NCBI RefSeq assembly: GCF_009914755.1
Contig: NC_060931.1
DNA length: 64,000 bases
DNA from: the human T2T-CHM13v2.0 reference genome, Homo sapiens
Reading direction: 5' to 3' (one strand)
Shown here: positions 62,185 to 64,000 of the stretch, piece after piece
How positions within the stretch are numbered: the first letter of the stretch is position 1
Layout of the letters: each line of letters begins with the position of its first letter
Translations under genes and position numbers: made by a program
The notes under the pieces: model-generated
The model's database searches: none
Told to the model about the DNA's origin: nothing
What the model saw: the letters and a program-made list of their open reading frames with translations, nothing else

Positions 62185-62645
62185 AAAGTTGCTACTGCAA
62201 CAAGTGTTTGCCCCATACTTAGTGGCTACAAACAATACAAATTTCTTGCCTCAAAGTTCTGGACGTAAGAAGCTTGAAATGAGTCTTACAGGGTTAAAAT
62301 CAGGGTAGTAGGGCATCTGATTCCTTCTGGAGGCTCCAGGGCAGCATCTGTTTCTGGCTCTTCCAGCTTCTAGAGGCTGCTGTGTTCCCCGGATTGTGCT
62401 TTCATCACCCAAGTCTCTGCCTCCATCGTCACATTGCCTTCCCCTCTGCCTGACCTTCCTGTATTCCTTTTATAAACACCCCTGTGACTACAGGGCCCCA
62501 CCTGGGTAATCCAGGACAATCTCCCTATCACCAGATCCTTAACTTACCCACATCAGCAGAGTCCCTATTGCCATGTAAGACCACATCCAGTTCTCGGGAT
62601 TAGGATGTGGACATCTTCGGGGGAGTTATTATTTAGTCTACCATA
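62185..62645 (-). mobile_element. MLT1D-like MaLR LTR
   Basis: ttccttctggaggctccaggg...ccagcttctagaggctgc...gggattaggatgtggacatct. Confidence 0.85.
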
Positions 62646-63495
62646 GGGCATACTAAAAAGCAAACAAACAAGCAAACAAACAAAAAACCAAATAGCTTAG
62701 GCCAAGGGATTTTAGTCTTTAAAGCACTGAATAGAACAATTCAAAGAAGTGAATGTAATTGAAAGTTTCTGCTATTTCTTTTAGCATTTTATTTATCAGA
62801 CTGTGGTTTGCAAACAGTGTTGTTGCCTTAATGTTAACATTTTGGAAATGAGCCATGAAAGGTCGAACACAGAATAAGTATTGCTTGGCAAAATTAATGA
62901 AGTGGATTACTTACAGGAATTAAGCAGTTCTAAAAGCAATTAGGCCACTCCAGGGGTTCTTTCCAGCTTGTGGGTTCATTAATATTTAACAAATCATGCT
63001 GCAGGAGGCACAGTGGATTCCTCCAGAGCAGCATACATTAGAAGGCCCTCTCTTTCTGAAAGAGTATGCGGTATTTAGTCTTAGAAATTACCTTCCATAG
63101 AGAGTTCATTTCTTAAGCCATTCATTTCCCACATGATTTTCTGTTTTCACCAGATAGGCCCAGTCCCCAGGCCGTGAAGAGATGGGGTCAAATTGTACAG
63201 TTGCCCAAGGTGTTAGACTGGTTAGACCTTTTCTAGAGCCAAGCTGTCTTAGAGAAATGGGGTGGGGTGTCTCTACAAGAGAGATTAAAACACATCTTTT
63301 TTTTTTCTGTTTGTTTGAAATATTTGCCTAGGGAGTAGGCAGGAAATGTCTTTTACATGAAACACTAGTATTTCTCTAGTGAAGCATTAATTTTTATTTC
63401 TGCTTATACATCACCCCATCCCCATTCCCAGGAAGTACAGGACTTCTAACCCAATGTAAATGTTTTTTTTTAAATTATTATTATTATTATTATTT

Positions 63496-63497
<2 letters not shown>

Positions 63498-63539
<42 letters not shown>
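63498..63539. repeat. (CA)n microsatellite (~21 units)
   Basis: Direct inspection. Confidence 0.95.
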
Positions 63540-63541
<2 letters not shown>

Positions 63542-63622
63542 TCTTTTGTGATCGGTCACATTTCTTCTCATCACACCTTCACCTACTTAGCCCCAAACCT
63601 GTTCATGTGGAACTTTCCTTTC

Positions 63623-63920
63623 CTTTGGGAGGTCGAGGTGGGCAGATCACCTGAGGTCAGGAGTTTGAAATCAGCCTGGCTAACATGATGAAACCCCGTC
63701 TCTACTAAAAATATAAAAATTAGCTGGGCATGGTGGTTCGTGCCTATAGTCCCAGCTACTCGGGAGGCTGAGGCAGGGAATTGCTTGAACCAGGGAAGTG
63801 GAGGTTGCAGTGAGCCGAGATCACACCACTGCACTCCAGCCTGAGTGACAGAGCGAGACTTGGTCTCAAAAAAAAAACCAAAAAAAAAAAAAAAAAAAAA
63901 AAAACCCAAAAAAAAAGAAA
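63623..63920 (+). mobile_element. 5'-truncated AluS with long A tail
   Basis: Perfect 13-bp TSD gaactttcctttc at 63610-63622 and 63921-63933. Confidence 0.95.
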
Positions 63921-64000
63921 GAACTTTCCTTTCTACATGCTCTAATAGGAGAAGTGGTTGGGTACTTGGTCGGGTTCCTAATCCCCATCATGAAAGCAAA

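Overview
Human (or very close great-ape) genomic DNA that I recognise as the AGR3 locus (7p21.1 from prior knowledge). The first ~23.5 kb hold the complete AGR3 gene on the minus strand. It has a TATA box and a non-coding exon 1, then seven coding exons with GT-AG junctions. These join into a 501-nt CDS (166 aa: signal peptide, thioredoxin-like CQYS motif, C-terminal QSEL), followed by an AATAAA signal. The 11-kb intron 3 carries a sense-oriented, disabled processed copy of RAD17 (RAD17P1) plus nested L1/Alu insertions. The ~40 kb upstream is intergenic and repeat-rich: a processed LSM5 pseudogene, a near full-length L1PA, a deleted L1MA1-like element, older L1M stacks, DNA-transposon relics, LTRs and microsatellites. 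Almost all ORFs in the supplied track are Alu, L1 or low-complexity artefacts. I see no convincing undescribed biological system. The best second-look items are a 185-bp intronic palindrome, a possible AGR3-to-RAD17P1 splice trap, a target site reused by two retroinsertions, a candidate L1 3' transduction and a scrambled L1. Repeat subfamily names and recalled reference sequences come from memory and need RepeatMasker/BLAST confirmation.
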